Assembly: GCA_964595145.1 (NCBI GenBank)
Contig: CAZQOM010000001.1
Coordinates: 1 to 61,448, forward strand
Source of the DNA: an uncultured Anaeroplasmataceae bacterium
Lineage (GTDB): Bacteria > Bacillota_I > Bacilli_A > Acholeplasmatales > Anaeroplasmataceae
Direction of reading: 5' to 3'
Length of the DNA stretch: 61,448 nt
The notes below the pieces were generated by a model. The model made no database searches. It was not told where the DNA came from and was given only the letters and a program-made list of their open reading frames with translations. Position 1 is the first letter of the stretch, and each line of letters opens with the position of its first letter. Shown here one piece after another: positions 9,942 through 21,453 of this stretch. The position numbers and the translations under genes are program-made.

Positions 9942-10820
9942 TTACTCCTTAAATATTTTTGTTTTATCTAAAACACCAATAGTATCAGTAAAAGAATTAT
10001 TACATGTTTTTTCTAATTCTTCACCTAATACTCTGAATTTAGAATCAATAGTATCAATATACCATAACGCAACAGCCTCAGCAGTCATAGGTCTTTTAGC
10101 TGCCCCAAATTGTGGCTGACCATGATGAGATATAAGCATATGTTCTAATGTTCTTAATTCTTTAGTATTATAATATCCCAATTCACAACCACATTTATTT
10201 ATTTCTAAAGCTCCTATTACAAGATGACCTAATAGCTGTCCATCTACAGTATATTCAGTAGCTTCAACTCCTGTTAATTCTTTAGTTTTACCAATATCGT
10301 GTAAAATAATTCCTGCATACAAATAATCCTTATTTAAAAATGGATAATTAAAAATGAAAGAATCTGCAAGTCTAAGCATGCCTATCGCATGATATGAAAG
10401 TCCACCAACATAAGCGTGATGCATACGTGAAGCGGCAGGGAAAACAAAGAATGTTTTTTCATTTTCAGAAATTAATTTTTTTGTAATATTATATATTATT
10501 TCATTATCAATTTTTTCAATATATTCATAAATGATTTTTATAGATTCTTCTAAAGATAATTCAGAATGAGCAAAAAATTTTCTTAAAATATTATCTGCCT
10601 CACTAATTTCTAGTGAATCTACCTTAACATATTCTTCAATTTGATAGCTTATTCTTTCGCCATAATTTTTCTTTACCTCAAAAACATAAACATGTCCGAT
10701 AAGAAAATTTACATCTATTGAAGCTTTTAAATTATATGATAATTCATCTTCATCAATAATAGAAATATTATGCATACCATCTGAGGTATTAATCGCAATA
10801 ACCTTACCTATTAATCTCAT
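9942..10820 (-). CDS. yhaM: 3'-5' exoribonuclease YhaM-like (OB-fold plus HD domain)
   Basis: It has an N-terminal OB-like region followed by HD-domain motifs (HHAYVGGLSYH, ILHDIGK, ISHHG). Confidence 0.7.
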   Translation of the reverse strand: MRLIGKVIAINTSDGMHNISIIDEDELSYNLKASIDVNFLIGHVYVFEVKKNYGERISYQIEEYVKVDSLEISEADNILRKFFAHSELSLEESIKIIYEYIEKIDNEIIYNITKKLISENEKTFFVFPAASRMHHAYVGGLSYHAIGMLRLADSFIFNYPFLNKDYLYAGIILHDIGKTKELTGVEATEYTVDGQLLGHLVIGALEINKCGCELGYYNTKELRTLEHMLISHHGQPQFGAAKRPMTAEAVALWYIDTIDSKFRVLGEELEKTCNNSFTDTIGVLDKTKIFKE

Positions 10821-12889
10821 AATTTATCCTCCTTAAATATATATACACCAGCATCAATTAGATCATATTCATCTTGAAAATACTTTACTTTTTCAAAAGC
10901 ATTAAATAACATTTGACTTCTATTTAATAAAAACTTAAATGGTTCATTATTATTCTTTATAACTATAGTTAATCTATAGTCTAAAGAATCTATATAATAG
11001 CATAATCTATGATCATTTGATAATTCATCTATTAAAACAATATTCCTTTTTATATCATAAGGATTATGTAATCTAAATTCTTTATATTCTTTTCTAATAC
11101 TTAATAAATCCCTTAATCCTTTAATATCATTTTCATAAATGGATTTTCTATCATAGTCAAATAAATTAAAATAGTCATCTGATTTATAAGAATTTTCAAT
11201 ACCTTTTTTAGTTCTATAAAATTCCTCTCCAGCATGTATAAAAACAATACCAAGTGATACAGCAATCATTTGAAGAGCTACTCTAGAACCTCTAATTGAT
11301 TCTTCTCTACTAACCTTACTTGCGTAATTAGCAAAATCAAACATAGTATAATTGTCATGACATTCAACATAATTTATACTTTGATTTGGAGATAAGAAAT
11401 TATATCCTCCAAAAATACTACCTGTAACTAAATTAAATACATCCTTATAATACATTGGACTACCAAATGCATAACCTAAGCTATGATTCCACTGATTCCC
11501 TTTTAATGCTTCACGATATTTATCGTTAAAAAAACCATAATCAGGCATTTTAAAAGCATTATAAGCATGTGGTCTATAAGAATCAGGAATAGTATTAGGC
11601 ATATTCCAACCCTCACCGTATAATAAGATATTTGGATCAATATTTTTAAGTTTTTTTAAAGCTACTTCTAATGTTTCTATATCTAATAATCCCATTAAAT
11701 CAAATCTAAATCCAGATATTTGGAAAAATTTAGCCCAATATACTAAATTATCAACAACAAATCTTGAACACATTCTTTTCTCAGTAGCAAGATCATTACC
11801 ACATCCTGATGTATTAGTATAATTGCCATACGCATCTACACGATAAAAATATCCAGGAACAAGTTTTTCTAAAGGGAAGTTCTTTCTATCATAGACATGA
11901 TTATAAACCACATCCATTACAACACGTAAGCCTTTTTTATGACATTCATCAATTAATCTTTTTAATTCATTTATTCTACTATAAGCATCATCTGGATTTT
12001 TTGAATACCAACCACTTGGAACAAAATATTGTTCAGGATTATATCCCCAATTATAATATAAATCCTTCTTTTTATCATCTATTCCACCAAAATCAAAAAT
12101 AGGCATTAATTGTAGATGTGTTACACCTAATGATGATATATAATTAATTCCTTTATTATTATCCTCATCAATAAGCCCTTCAAACGTTCCTTTTGAATTA
12201 TCATTTAATAAACAAGTCATATCTCTTATACTTGCTTCATATAAAACTGCATCAACAGGAATGCCTGAGAAAAATGGTTTTTCATTTTTTATTTGATAAC
12301 ATTTATTAATATCAATAACATAATTACATTCTAAATTAGCACGAGATGAAATACCATAAGGATCTAACACCTTTTCATAATAATCAAATATTTTAACATA
12401 ATATGCATATGATACACCATCTAAATCACCATTAATTGTTGTTGTCCATAGTCCCTTATCTTTATATTCTAAATCACTTCTATGATACGTTCCGTCTTTA
12501 TAACAAATACTAACATATATAGCCTTAGCTACAGGAGACCATACATTAAATACAGTTTTTTCTTTTGTATAATCAAAGCCTAATTTACCTTCATAAAAAA
12601 ATTCAGATTCAAATTCTGTTGTTCTAACAATACTACCTGAGTATACAGGAACATGATGTCCTAAATCATCAACAATATAATAATTATGATGTAAAATAGG
12701 TTTGTGATTAAATCCTAATCCTATTTTAACCATATTATGCTCACTTGCATTATATTTAACATTTAATTCTTCAATAAATACATCATCTTTATATAAATTA
12801 AATTTTTTTGCTTTAAATCTATTTTTTCTTTGAACAATAAATGTTATTTCATTATATGTATCAAAAAAAGCCATCATTGTATAACGCAT
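10817..12889 (-). CDS. pulA: Type I pullulanase (GH13, CBM48-like N-terminus), no signal peptide
   Basis: GH13 conserved regions are present: VVYNHV, GFRFDLMG, YGEGW and VECHDN. The pullulanase motif YNWGYNP is also present. Confidence 0.85.
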   Translation of the reverse strand: MRYTMMAFFDTYNEITFIVQRKNRFKAKKFNLYKDDVFIEELNVKYNASEHNMVKIGLGFNHKPILHHNYYIVDDLGHHVPVYSGSIVRTTEFESEFFYEGKLGFDYTKEKTVFNVWSPVAKAIYVSICYKDGTYHRSDLEYKDKGLWTTTINGDLDGVSYAYYVKIFDYYEKVLDPYGISSRANLECNYVIDINKCYQIKNEKPFFSGIPVDAVLYEASIRDMTCLLNDNSKGTFEGLIDEDNNKGINYISSLGVTHLQLMPIFDFGGIDDKKKDLYYNWGYNPEQYFVPSGWYSKNPDDAYSRINELKRLIDECHKKGLRVVMDVVYNHVYDRKNFPLEKLVPGYFYRVDAYGNYTNTSGCGNDLATEKRMCSRFVVDNLVYWAKFFQISGFRFDLMGLLDIETLEVALKKLKNIDPNILLYGEGWNMPNTIPDSYRPHAYNAFKMPDYGFFNDKYREALKGNQWNHSLGYAFGSPMYYKDVFNLVTGSIFGGYNFLSPNQSINYVECHDNYTMFDFANYASKVSREESIRGSRVALQMIAVSLGIVFIHAGEEFYRTKKGIENSYKSDDYFNLFDYDRKSIYENDIKGLRDLLSIRKEYKEFRLHNPYDIKRNIVLIDELSNDHRLCYYIDSLDYRLTIVIKNNNEPFKFLLNRSQMLFNAFEKVKYFQDEYDLIDAGVYIFKEDKL

Positions 12890-12892
12890 ATA

Positions 12893-13996
12893 TTATTCCT
12901 CAATTTCTAAATACTTCTTTAATTTACTTTCCTCATTTTCTACTTTGCCATTTAAAATAGCTTCCTCAAGGAGTTTAGTTATTTTACCTCTATTTTTATT
13001 ATTATCCCAAGTATATAAAATATCTTTAGAACTATTAATAGGTAAATTATTAATCAATTTATTAATATCATTAAAACATATATTAGTTTTATTTAAAGCA
13101 TTAAATAAATTTATAGCTTTATTTAAAACATCTTTATTACCATAATATAAAGAAACGTTATTAAATTTATTTCTTACAAAATAAGCTATATCTTTAGCTT
13201 CATTAAATTCCATTTTAGATAATTTAATATTAGTTGGAATAAAATTATGTTTGGCATAAAATAACGCAAAGCTATTTTCTTTATATCCTAATTCATATAC
13301 TTCATCGCATAATACTTGATAAAAAGGAAAACTTCTTAATAATTTATATTTATATATATATTCTAATCCTATATTATATTTATTAGAAATAATCTTTTTT
13401 ACCATAGATAATATATATTCTTCTTTTAAAAAACCTATATAATCATTTTTAAAGCTAGCGATAATTAATTCATCTAATTTAAAATTAAATCTAGAAGAAA
13501 AATCTAATGCTCTTAAAACTCTTAAACCATCTTCATTAAAACGTTTATTAGGATCGCCAATAGTCCTTATAATACCTTTTTTTAAATCACTTATACCATC
13601 AAGTATATCAATGATATCCATATTATAATCCATAGCTAAGGCATTAATAGTAAAATCTCTTCTTAATAAATCTGTTTTTAAATCAAAAGCTTTTACTGTT
13701 TGTGGGTGTCTATGGTCTATATATGAAACATCAATTCTATATGTAGTAACTTCGAATGTTTCATTTTTATAAAAAATTCTACAACTTAAATAATTATCTA
13801 TAGATTCAACAAAAGAAAAAATTTTTTTTAAATCATCATAACAAGCAGAAGTTGTTATATCAACATCAATAATATCCTTATTATAAATGTAATCACGGAC
13901 AGCTCCGCCAACAATATAAGCTTCAAATGAATTATCATTTATTTTTTTTATAATTTCAAGACCTAATTCTAATTTTTTCACTCGTAAACACCACAA
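12893..13996 (-). CDS. cca: CCA-adding tRNA nucleotidyltransferase
   Basis: Motifs GGAVRD, DVDITT and RRDFTINA are present. The track start is a TTG, so the true start may be the GTG five codons in (about 13981). Confidence 0.85.
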   Translation of the reverse strand: MWCLRVKKLELGLEIIKKINDNSFEAYIVGGAVRDYIYNKDIIDVDITTSACYDDLKKIFSFVESIDNYLSCRIFYKNETFEVTTYRIDVSYIDHRHPQTVKAFDLKTDLLRRDFTINALAMDYNMDIIDILDGISDLKKGIIRTIGDPNKRFNEDGLRVLRALDFSSRFNFKLDELIIASFKNDYIGFLKEEYILSMVKKIISNKYNIGLEYIYKYKLLRSFPFYQVLCDEVYELGYKENSFALFYAKHNFIPTNIKLSKMEFNEAKDIAYFVRNKFNNVSLYYGNKDVLNKAINLFNALNKTNICFNDINKLINNLPINSSKDILYTWDNNKNRGKITKLLEEAILNGKVENEESKLKKYLEIEE

Positions 13997-14066
13997 CTAT
14001 TATAAAACAAAATAAACATATTTGCAAAGAAAAAATAATTCTTGTATAATGTATTTGGTGATATTT

Positions 14067-14675
14067 ATGAAATATATTCAAAAAAGATATGAAAATACTT
14101 TAATTATTCAAAAATCAAGATTTATTACAGAAGCATATAGAGTAAATAGTATTGAAGAAATCGAAGAAATTTTAAATAATATAAGAAAAAAATATTATGA
14201 TGCAACACATCATTGTTATGCATATAGATTAAATGATAATATTCAAAAAATGAGTGATGATGGAGAACCAGCAAAAACTGCAGGTGCACCAATATTAGAT
14301 GTTATATTAAAACAAGATTTAACAAATATTTTAATTGTAGTTACAAGATATTTTGGTGGAACATTACTTGGAGCTGGTGGACTTGTAAGAGCTTATAGTT
14401 CTTCTGCAAGTGAAGTATTAAAGGATAAAGAATTTTATAAGCTTGCATACCAAAATAGATTTATTATGACTTGTAGTTATTCATCATATCAAACAATATT
14501 AAAAACAATGAAATATATAAAAATAGAAAAAACCTCATTTTTAACTGAGGTTACAATAGAAGGTTTTTGTGATGTAGAACTATTTAAAAAATTAAAAGAA
14601 GATTGTTATACCTATAAAATATCTGATACTCAAATTAAGGATTTAGGTATATTTTCAATCGAAGTTCGTTGTTGA
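14067..14675 (+). CDS. YigZ / IMPACT-family protein (UPF0029)
   Basis: Family-typical motifs are KSRFI..A, HHCYAY, DDGEPAGTAG-like DDGEPAKTAGAPIL and VVTRYFGGTLLG. The track start at 14022 is a TTG, and the ATG at 14067 (MKYIQKRYE) is more plausible. Confidence 0.8.
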   Translation: MKYIQKRYENTLIIQKSRFITEAYRVNSIEEIEEILNNIRKKYYDATHHCYAYRLNDNIQKMSDDGEPAKTAGAPILDVILKQDLTNILIVVTRYFGGTLLGAGGLVRAYSSSASEVLKDKEFYKLAYQNRFIMTCSYSSYQTILKTMKYIKIEKTSFLTEVTIEGFCDVELFKKLKEDCYTYKISDTQIKDLGIFSIEVRC

Positions 14676-14908
14676 TATTTTAGTTTTGTTGCTTGTCCGC
14701 CCCTTAAATGGCGGATTTTTTTATTATATTCTAATAATTTTTTAACTTCAACATAAAGATTATAATCTATATATTTTAATTTAGTAGTCAAATCATAATG
14801 AACAGTAGATTTAGAGTATCCTATAATATTAGCTACTTCTCTTACTGTTCTTCTTTTTTCTAGCATTAAATTAGCCATTTTTATTACTCTATTTTCATAT
14901 TCAAGCAT
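14630..14908 (-). CDS. spoIIID: Sporulation transcriptional regulator SpoIIID
   Basis: The 92-aa ORF contains TVREVANIIGYSKSTVHYDL and KIRHLRGGQATKLKY. These match the B. subtilis SpoIIID HTH and C-terminal basic region as I remember them. Confidence 0.85.
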   Translation of the reverse strand: MLEYENRVIKMANLMLEKRRTVREVANIIGYSKSTVHYDLTTKLKYIDYNLYVEVKKLLEYNKKIRHLRGGQATKLKYQQRTSIENIPKSLI

Positions 14909-15038
14909 TTTATCACCTAATAAATAAATATGTTTAGGTAATAATACTTATTCTATAAAATAAAAATATATAATTTATAAAAGTTTTCAAATTGTTTATT
15001 AAAACGGTAATACTCATTTATAATAAGAACATAAATAA

Positions 15039-15080
15039 AAGGCTTAATTTAATTTTTGTAAAAAAATCAAATTAAACCTT
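15039..15080 (-). terminator. AT-rich long hairpin downstream of the spoIIQ-like gene (candidate terminator)
   Basis: aaggcttaatttaattttt pairs with aaaaatcaaattaaacctt (2 mismatches), with loop gta. A U-rich stretch follows on the minus strand. Confidence 0.4.
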
Positions 15081-15146
15081 AAGTTTTATATTATATATTT
15101 AATATTTGCATAGTTTTCTAATAAAGAAAGGGCATATAGCCCAAAA

Positions 15147-15839
15147 TTATTTAGTTGTACTTACATCAGACATTTCTTTACCAAATACACTTGTTGGATT
15201 AACATAAGAATTGTTGATTTTAACCTCTAAATGCATATGTACTCCAGCCTCAACATCCATAAGAGTTGCTGAAGCTTTACCAATTACTTGTCCTACTTTA
15301 ATAGTATCATTAACTTTAACAGTAACATCACTTAATGAAGAATAAACACTTACAATGCTATCAGAGTGTTTAATAGTTACACATACACCTGATAATTCAT
15401 CTTCTAAAACAGATATTACAGTTCCATCATATATAGAACAAACATCAAATACACTATTATCTGATTTAGCATAACTTATACCTTTAGATTCTAAGAAGTA
15501 TCCTCCTGTTTCTATAATTGCTTTTTCTAATTCTTCATCAGATAAAGATAAATCAAAATATTTTCTAACAATTTCATATTCTCCTGTTACTGGTAATGAA
15601 AATTTAATAATTTCAGTTACAGGTTCATCTGGTGTAATAGGTTCATCTGGTGTAATTGTTGGATTATCTGGTTTGCTAGGTTCTACAGTTGGATCATCTT
15701 TAGCTACTGGAGTATCATTTAAAGCCATTGTTGCTATAGTTATAACTGTTGCAAAAACGACTATAACTACCGCAATAAATATTAACAATTCCTTTTTGTC
15801 AATGAAAAATCTTTTAATTTTGTCTTTCATATATTTCAC
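15147..15839 (-). CDS. spoIIQ: Stage II sporulation protein Q-like: N-terminal TM anchor plus degenerate LytM/M23 domain
   Basis: It has a single N-terminal TM, a Pro/Asp/Glu/Thr linker and a LytM fold. SKGISY replaces the HxxxD metal site, while GVHMHLEV is retained, as in B. subtilis SpoIIQ (SQGIDL ... HVHFEI). It sits next to the atp operon, as in Bacillus. Confidence 0.7.
   Translation of the reverse strand: MKYMKDKIKRFFIDKKELLIFIAVVIVVFATVITIATMALNDTPVAKDDPTVEPSKPDNPTITPDEPITPDEPVTEIIKFSLPVTGEYEIVRKYFDLSLSDEELEKAIIETGGYFLESKGISYAKSDNSVFDVCSIYDGTVISVLEDELSGVCVTIKHSDSIVSVYSSLSDVTVKVNDTIKVGQVIGKASATLMDVEAGVHMHLEVKINNSYVNPTSVFGKEMSDVSTTK
15612..15647 (-). repeat. Perfect-but-one 18-nt tandem duplication in the SpoIIQ-like linker
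   Basis: ggttcatctggtgtaata is followed by ggttcatctggtgtaatt. Together they encode TPDEPI-TPDEPV. Confidence 0.9.
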
Positions 15840-15884
15840 CTCAGTAGTAGTATGGTCTACTAGCTTAGTGCTTATACAAAAATA

Positions 15885-16097
15885 TTAAATTTTTTTAAAA
15901 TTAAATGAATCTATTATGTAAAAAAATCCAAATGTTATTAAAAACGCAATTATAAAAGATAGCATAAAATAGGCAAGTCTTATATGAACTATTTTTCCTT
16001 TTTTAAAGCATTCTTCTAATCTAGAAGCTTGTAACACTAAAAATGCTACAACAAAAAATATACAAAAACAAGTTGAGAATAATATTCCTTCAATCAT
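15885..16097 (-). CDS. DUF1146 (YwzB-like) small membrane protein
   Basis: The 70-aa, 2-TM protein lies immediately downstream of atpC, the same position as B. subtilis ywzB. The pattern LQASRLEECFKKGKIVHIRLAYFMLSFII resembles that family. Confidence 0.55.
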   Translation of the reverse strand: MIEGILFSTCFCIFFVVAFLVLQASRLEECFKKGKIVHIRLAYFMLSFIIAFLITFGFFYIIDSFNFKKI

Positions 16098-16111
16098 AAT
16101 TGTCTCCTCCT

Positions 16112-16141
16112 ATAATAAAAAGAACTCGAAATAGAGTTCTT
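16112..16141 (-). terminator. Rho-independent terminator directly after atpC
   Basis: The minus strand reads AAGAACUC-UAUUUC-GAGUUCUU followed by UUUUAUUAU. The hairpin abuts the atpC stop codon. Confidence 0.7.
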
Positions 16142-18812
<2,671 letters not shown>

Positions 18813-18824
18813 ATCATCACCTAC

Positions 18825-20330
18825 TTAGAACTTTTCAATAAATGAATTTAGATAATTATCTAAAACATTATTTTCAGGTAAAACCTTATTTTCCTTTATA
18901 TAATTAGAAATTTCTTTACCCTTTTCATCAATCTTTAAATCTAAATAAAGTTTTTCTTCAAATAAAGCTAAATCTTCAATTGCAATTTTATCTAATAATC
19001 CACTAGTTAAGCAATAAAGAATAATAGCCTCTTCTTCCATAGCAAGTGTCTTATGTAGGCCTTGTTTTAATATTTCTTGAGTTCTTCTACCTCTATCTAA
19101 TCTAGCTTTAGTAGATGCATCTAAATCAGAACCAAATTGACTAAATGCTTCTAATTCTCTAAAAGAAGCTAAATCTAAACGAAGTGTTCCTGAAACTTTT
19201 TTAACAGCTTTAGTTTGAGCAGCTCCACCAACACGTGAAACTGATAAACCTGGATTTATTGCAGGTCTAATACCTTTATAAAAATAATCAGATTGTAAGA
19301 ATATTTGACCATCTGTTATTGAAATAACATTTGTTGGAATATATGCAGAAATATCTCCTGCTTGAGTTTCAATAATAGGTAAAGCTGTAATACTTCCTCC
19401 ACCTAATTTATCAGATAATTTTGCAGCTCGTTCAAGTAATCTTGAATGTAAATAAAAGACATCACCTGGATATGCTTCTCTTCCTGGAGGTCTATGTAAT
19501 AATAAGGACATCTCACGATAAGCAACTGCATGCTTTGATAAATCATCATAAACAATTAAAACATCTTTACCCTGAAACATAAAATATTCAGCTAAAGATA
19601 CACCTGAATATGGTGCTAAATATAATAAAGGTGCAGGGTTAGAAGCTGATGCAGAAACAATTATAGAATACTTCATAGCATTATGAGCCTTTAATGTTTC
19701 ATAAACATTAGAAACAGTAGATTCCTTTTGACCAATAGCTACATATATACAAATAACATTTTGATTTGCTTGATTTAAAATTGTATCAATAGCGATAGAA
19801 GTTTTACCAGTTTGACGGTCTCCTATTATTAGCTCTCTTTGACCACGTCCGATAGGAACTAAAGCATCAAGAACCTTAATACCAGTTTGTAAAGGTGTAT
19901 TAACACTACTTCTATCCATTACACCTGTGGCTTTAACCTCAATTGGTCTAGTTTTTGTAGCCTTAATAGCTCCATTTCCATCAAGAGGTTGTCCAAGTGG
20001 ATTAATAACACGACCAATAAATTCTTCACCTACTGGTATTTATAATACTCTTCCACTACATTTAACAATATCTCCTTCTTTTATTTTAGAACAATCACCT
20101 AAAAGAATAACACCAACACTGTCTTTTCTTAAATCTTGAACCATTCCATATACATCATTAGGAAATATTAAAAGTTCTGATGCCATCGCATTGTCTAAAC
20201 CATATACAACTGCAATACCATCACCAACCTCAACCACACGACCAACATTTTCTGTATAAATCTGTTCTTTATAAGCCTTTATTTGTTCTTTTATAAGGCT
20301 TGAAATTTCAGATAAATTAATATTTGCCAT
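18825..20330 (-). pseudogene. atpA: F-type ATPase alpha subunit interrupted by a single in-frame TAA at codon 97 (20040-20042)
   Basis: The track shows a 96-aa N-terminal piece (20040-20330) and a 364-aa C-terminal piece (18825-19919). Reading through the gap gives ..[52 protein letters not shown].., all in one frame. The stop sits where homologues have Glu (..RIMEVPVGEE..). The Walker A GDRQTGKT is present downstream. Confidence 0.85.
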
Positions 20331-20344
20331 ACATTTATCCTTTC

Positions 20345-20863
20345 CTATAATGAATCCTTTAGCATCATTAAACGATTCTTTAAACTAATATCTAAACTTT
20401 GTCCGTTACATATAATTTGAAGACCATATAATATTTTAGGATTCACTGTATTTTCTATTTTTAATTTTTTATCAGGATATTTCTTTTCTAAAGCTTTTTT
20501 CACTTCATTAAAATTCGCTTTAGAAAGTTTTTCCGAACTAATTACTTCAACATTTAATATAGAATTATAGTCACTTAAAAGATTATCATATTCTACATTT
20601 ATTTTTTCTATTAAATTAAAACGGTTATTAGTAACTAATACACATAAAAAATTTTTAAATGTTTCATCAAAACTATCAAAAACATTTAAAATAATTTTTT
20701 TCTTTTCTATTAATTCTATAAGAGGAGATGAAATCATCTTATAAAATTCATTATTATTACTCATAACATCCATTATTTTTGTTAAATAATCTAAAAATAA
20801 TTCTGTTTTCTTCTCTTCAACAGCTAATTCAAATAATGCTTGAGCATATTCATGTTCTACCAT
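20345..20863 (-). CDS. atpH: F-type ATPase delta (OSCP) subunit
   Basis: The 172-aa ORF lies between atpF and atpA. The N-terminal YAQALFELA motif is typical of OSCP. Confidence 0.85.
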   Translation of the reverse strand: MVEHEYAQALFELAVEEKKTELFLDYLTKIMDVMSNNNEFYKMISSPLIELIEKKKIILNVFDSFDETFKNFLCVLVTNNRFNLIEKINVEYDNLLSDYNSILNVEVISSEKLSKANFNEVKKALEKKYPDKKLKIENTVNPKILYGLQIICNGQSLDISLKNRLMMLKDSL

Positions 20864-20864
20864 A

Positions 20865-21410
20865 CTATGCCCCCTTTAAAATTTCATCAACAATATCCAT
20901 ATATTTATTTTGATCAATTTCTTTAGCAACTATTTTTTCTGCAGCAGCAAAAGCAATATCAACAATTTCTTTTCTAATTTGTTTTTGCATATTATTTTTT
21001 TCTTGTTCTAATTCAAGTTCAAGATTTTCTAAACGTTGTTTAGCTTCTAATTTAGCATCAGCTATAATTTGTTCTTTTCTTAAATTACCATCTTTTTCAG
21101 CTTTAGCTAATATTTCTTGAACTGAAGCCTTAGCATTTGCAAGTTCATCAGCTAATTCTTCTTCTAATGCTTTTGCGTTTTCTTTTGACTGTTTCGCATC
21201 CTCTAAAGCTTTATCAATAGCCTGTCTTCTTGTTTCAAGAATATTAGTTATAGGTTTCCATAAGAAAATACGAATAACAACAAATAAAATAATAGTAGCA
21301 AAAAGTTGAATGAGTAAATCGCGAACATCAGAACCTTCAATTTTTAGATCTTTAAGAGGGCCTAAGCAACTATTAATTGCCTCAGCAATATTATCTAAAA
21401 TCTCAGTCAT
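20865..21410 (-). CDS. atpF: F-type ATPase b subunit
   Basis: It has a single N-terminal TM followed by a long Ala/Glu/Lys-rich helix. Its operon position fits. Confidence 0.85.
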   Translation of the reverse strand: MTEILDNIAEAINSCLGPLKDLKIEGSDVRDLLIQLFATIILFVVIRIFLWKPITNILETRRQAIDKALEDAKQSKENAKALEEELADELANAKASVQEILAKAEKDGNLRKEQIIADAKLEAKQRLENLELELEQEKNNMQKQIRKEIVDIAFAAAEKIVAKEIDQNKYMDIVDEILKGA

Positions 21411-21453
21411 TTTTCTTAATTCATTGTCTAAAACAATGATCCTTTCTCTTATC

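Noticed and set aside
9916-10119. Other antisense or alternative-frame track ORFs: 9916-10119, 12945-13145, 15673-15888, 24472-24675, 31542-31751, 37026-37271, 44050-44241, 51121-51312 and 55417-55722
   Set aside because: Each is nested within or overlaps a much longer ORF with clear homology-type motifs or operon logic. Their translations are low-complexity. The one exception is 24472-24675, which lies in intergenic DNA but lacks an RBS and overlaps the terminator and the end of the flavoprotein gene.
14022-14066. The longer TTG-initiated form of the yigZ-family ORF
   Set aside because: The added 15 residues (MQRKNNSCIMYLVIF) are not family-like. The ATG at 14067 gives the conserved N-terminus (MKYIQKRYE..IQKSRFI).
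14909-15038. A sigma-E-type promoter for spoIIID
   Set aside because: Only a weak CATATTTA -10-like element with no convincing -35 could be found in this extremely AT-rich spacer, which is too ambiguous to call.
19920-20039. The gap between the two atpA pieces as an intein, a frameshift site or a separate small gene
   Set aside because: The 120 nt translate in the same frame into the conserved alpha-subunit segment [21 protein letters not shown]... The only lesion is the single TAA codon, and nothing is inserted.
19927-20139. Plus-strand 70-aa ORF overlapping the atpA interruption
   Set aside because: It is antisense to conserved atpA coding sequence, and neither motif nor RBS support it.
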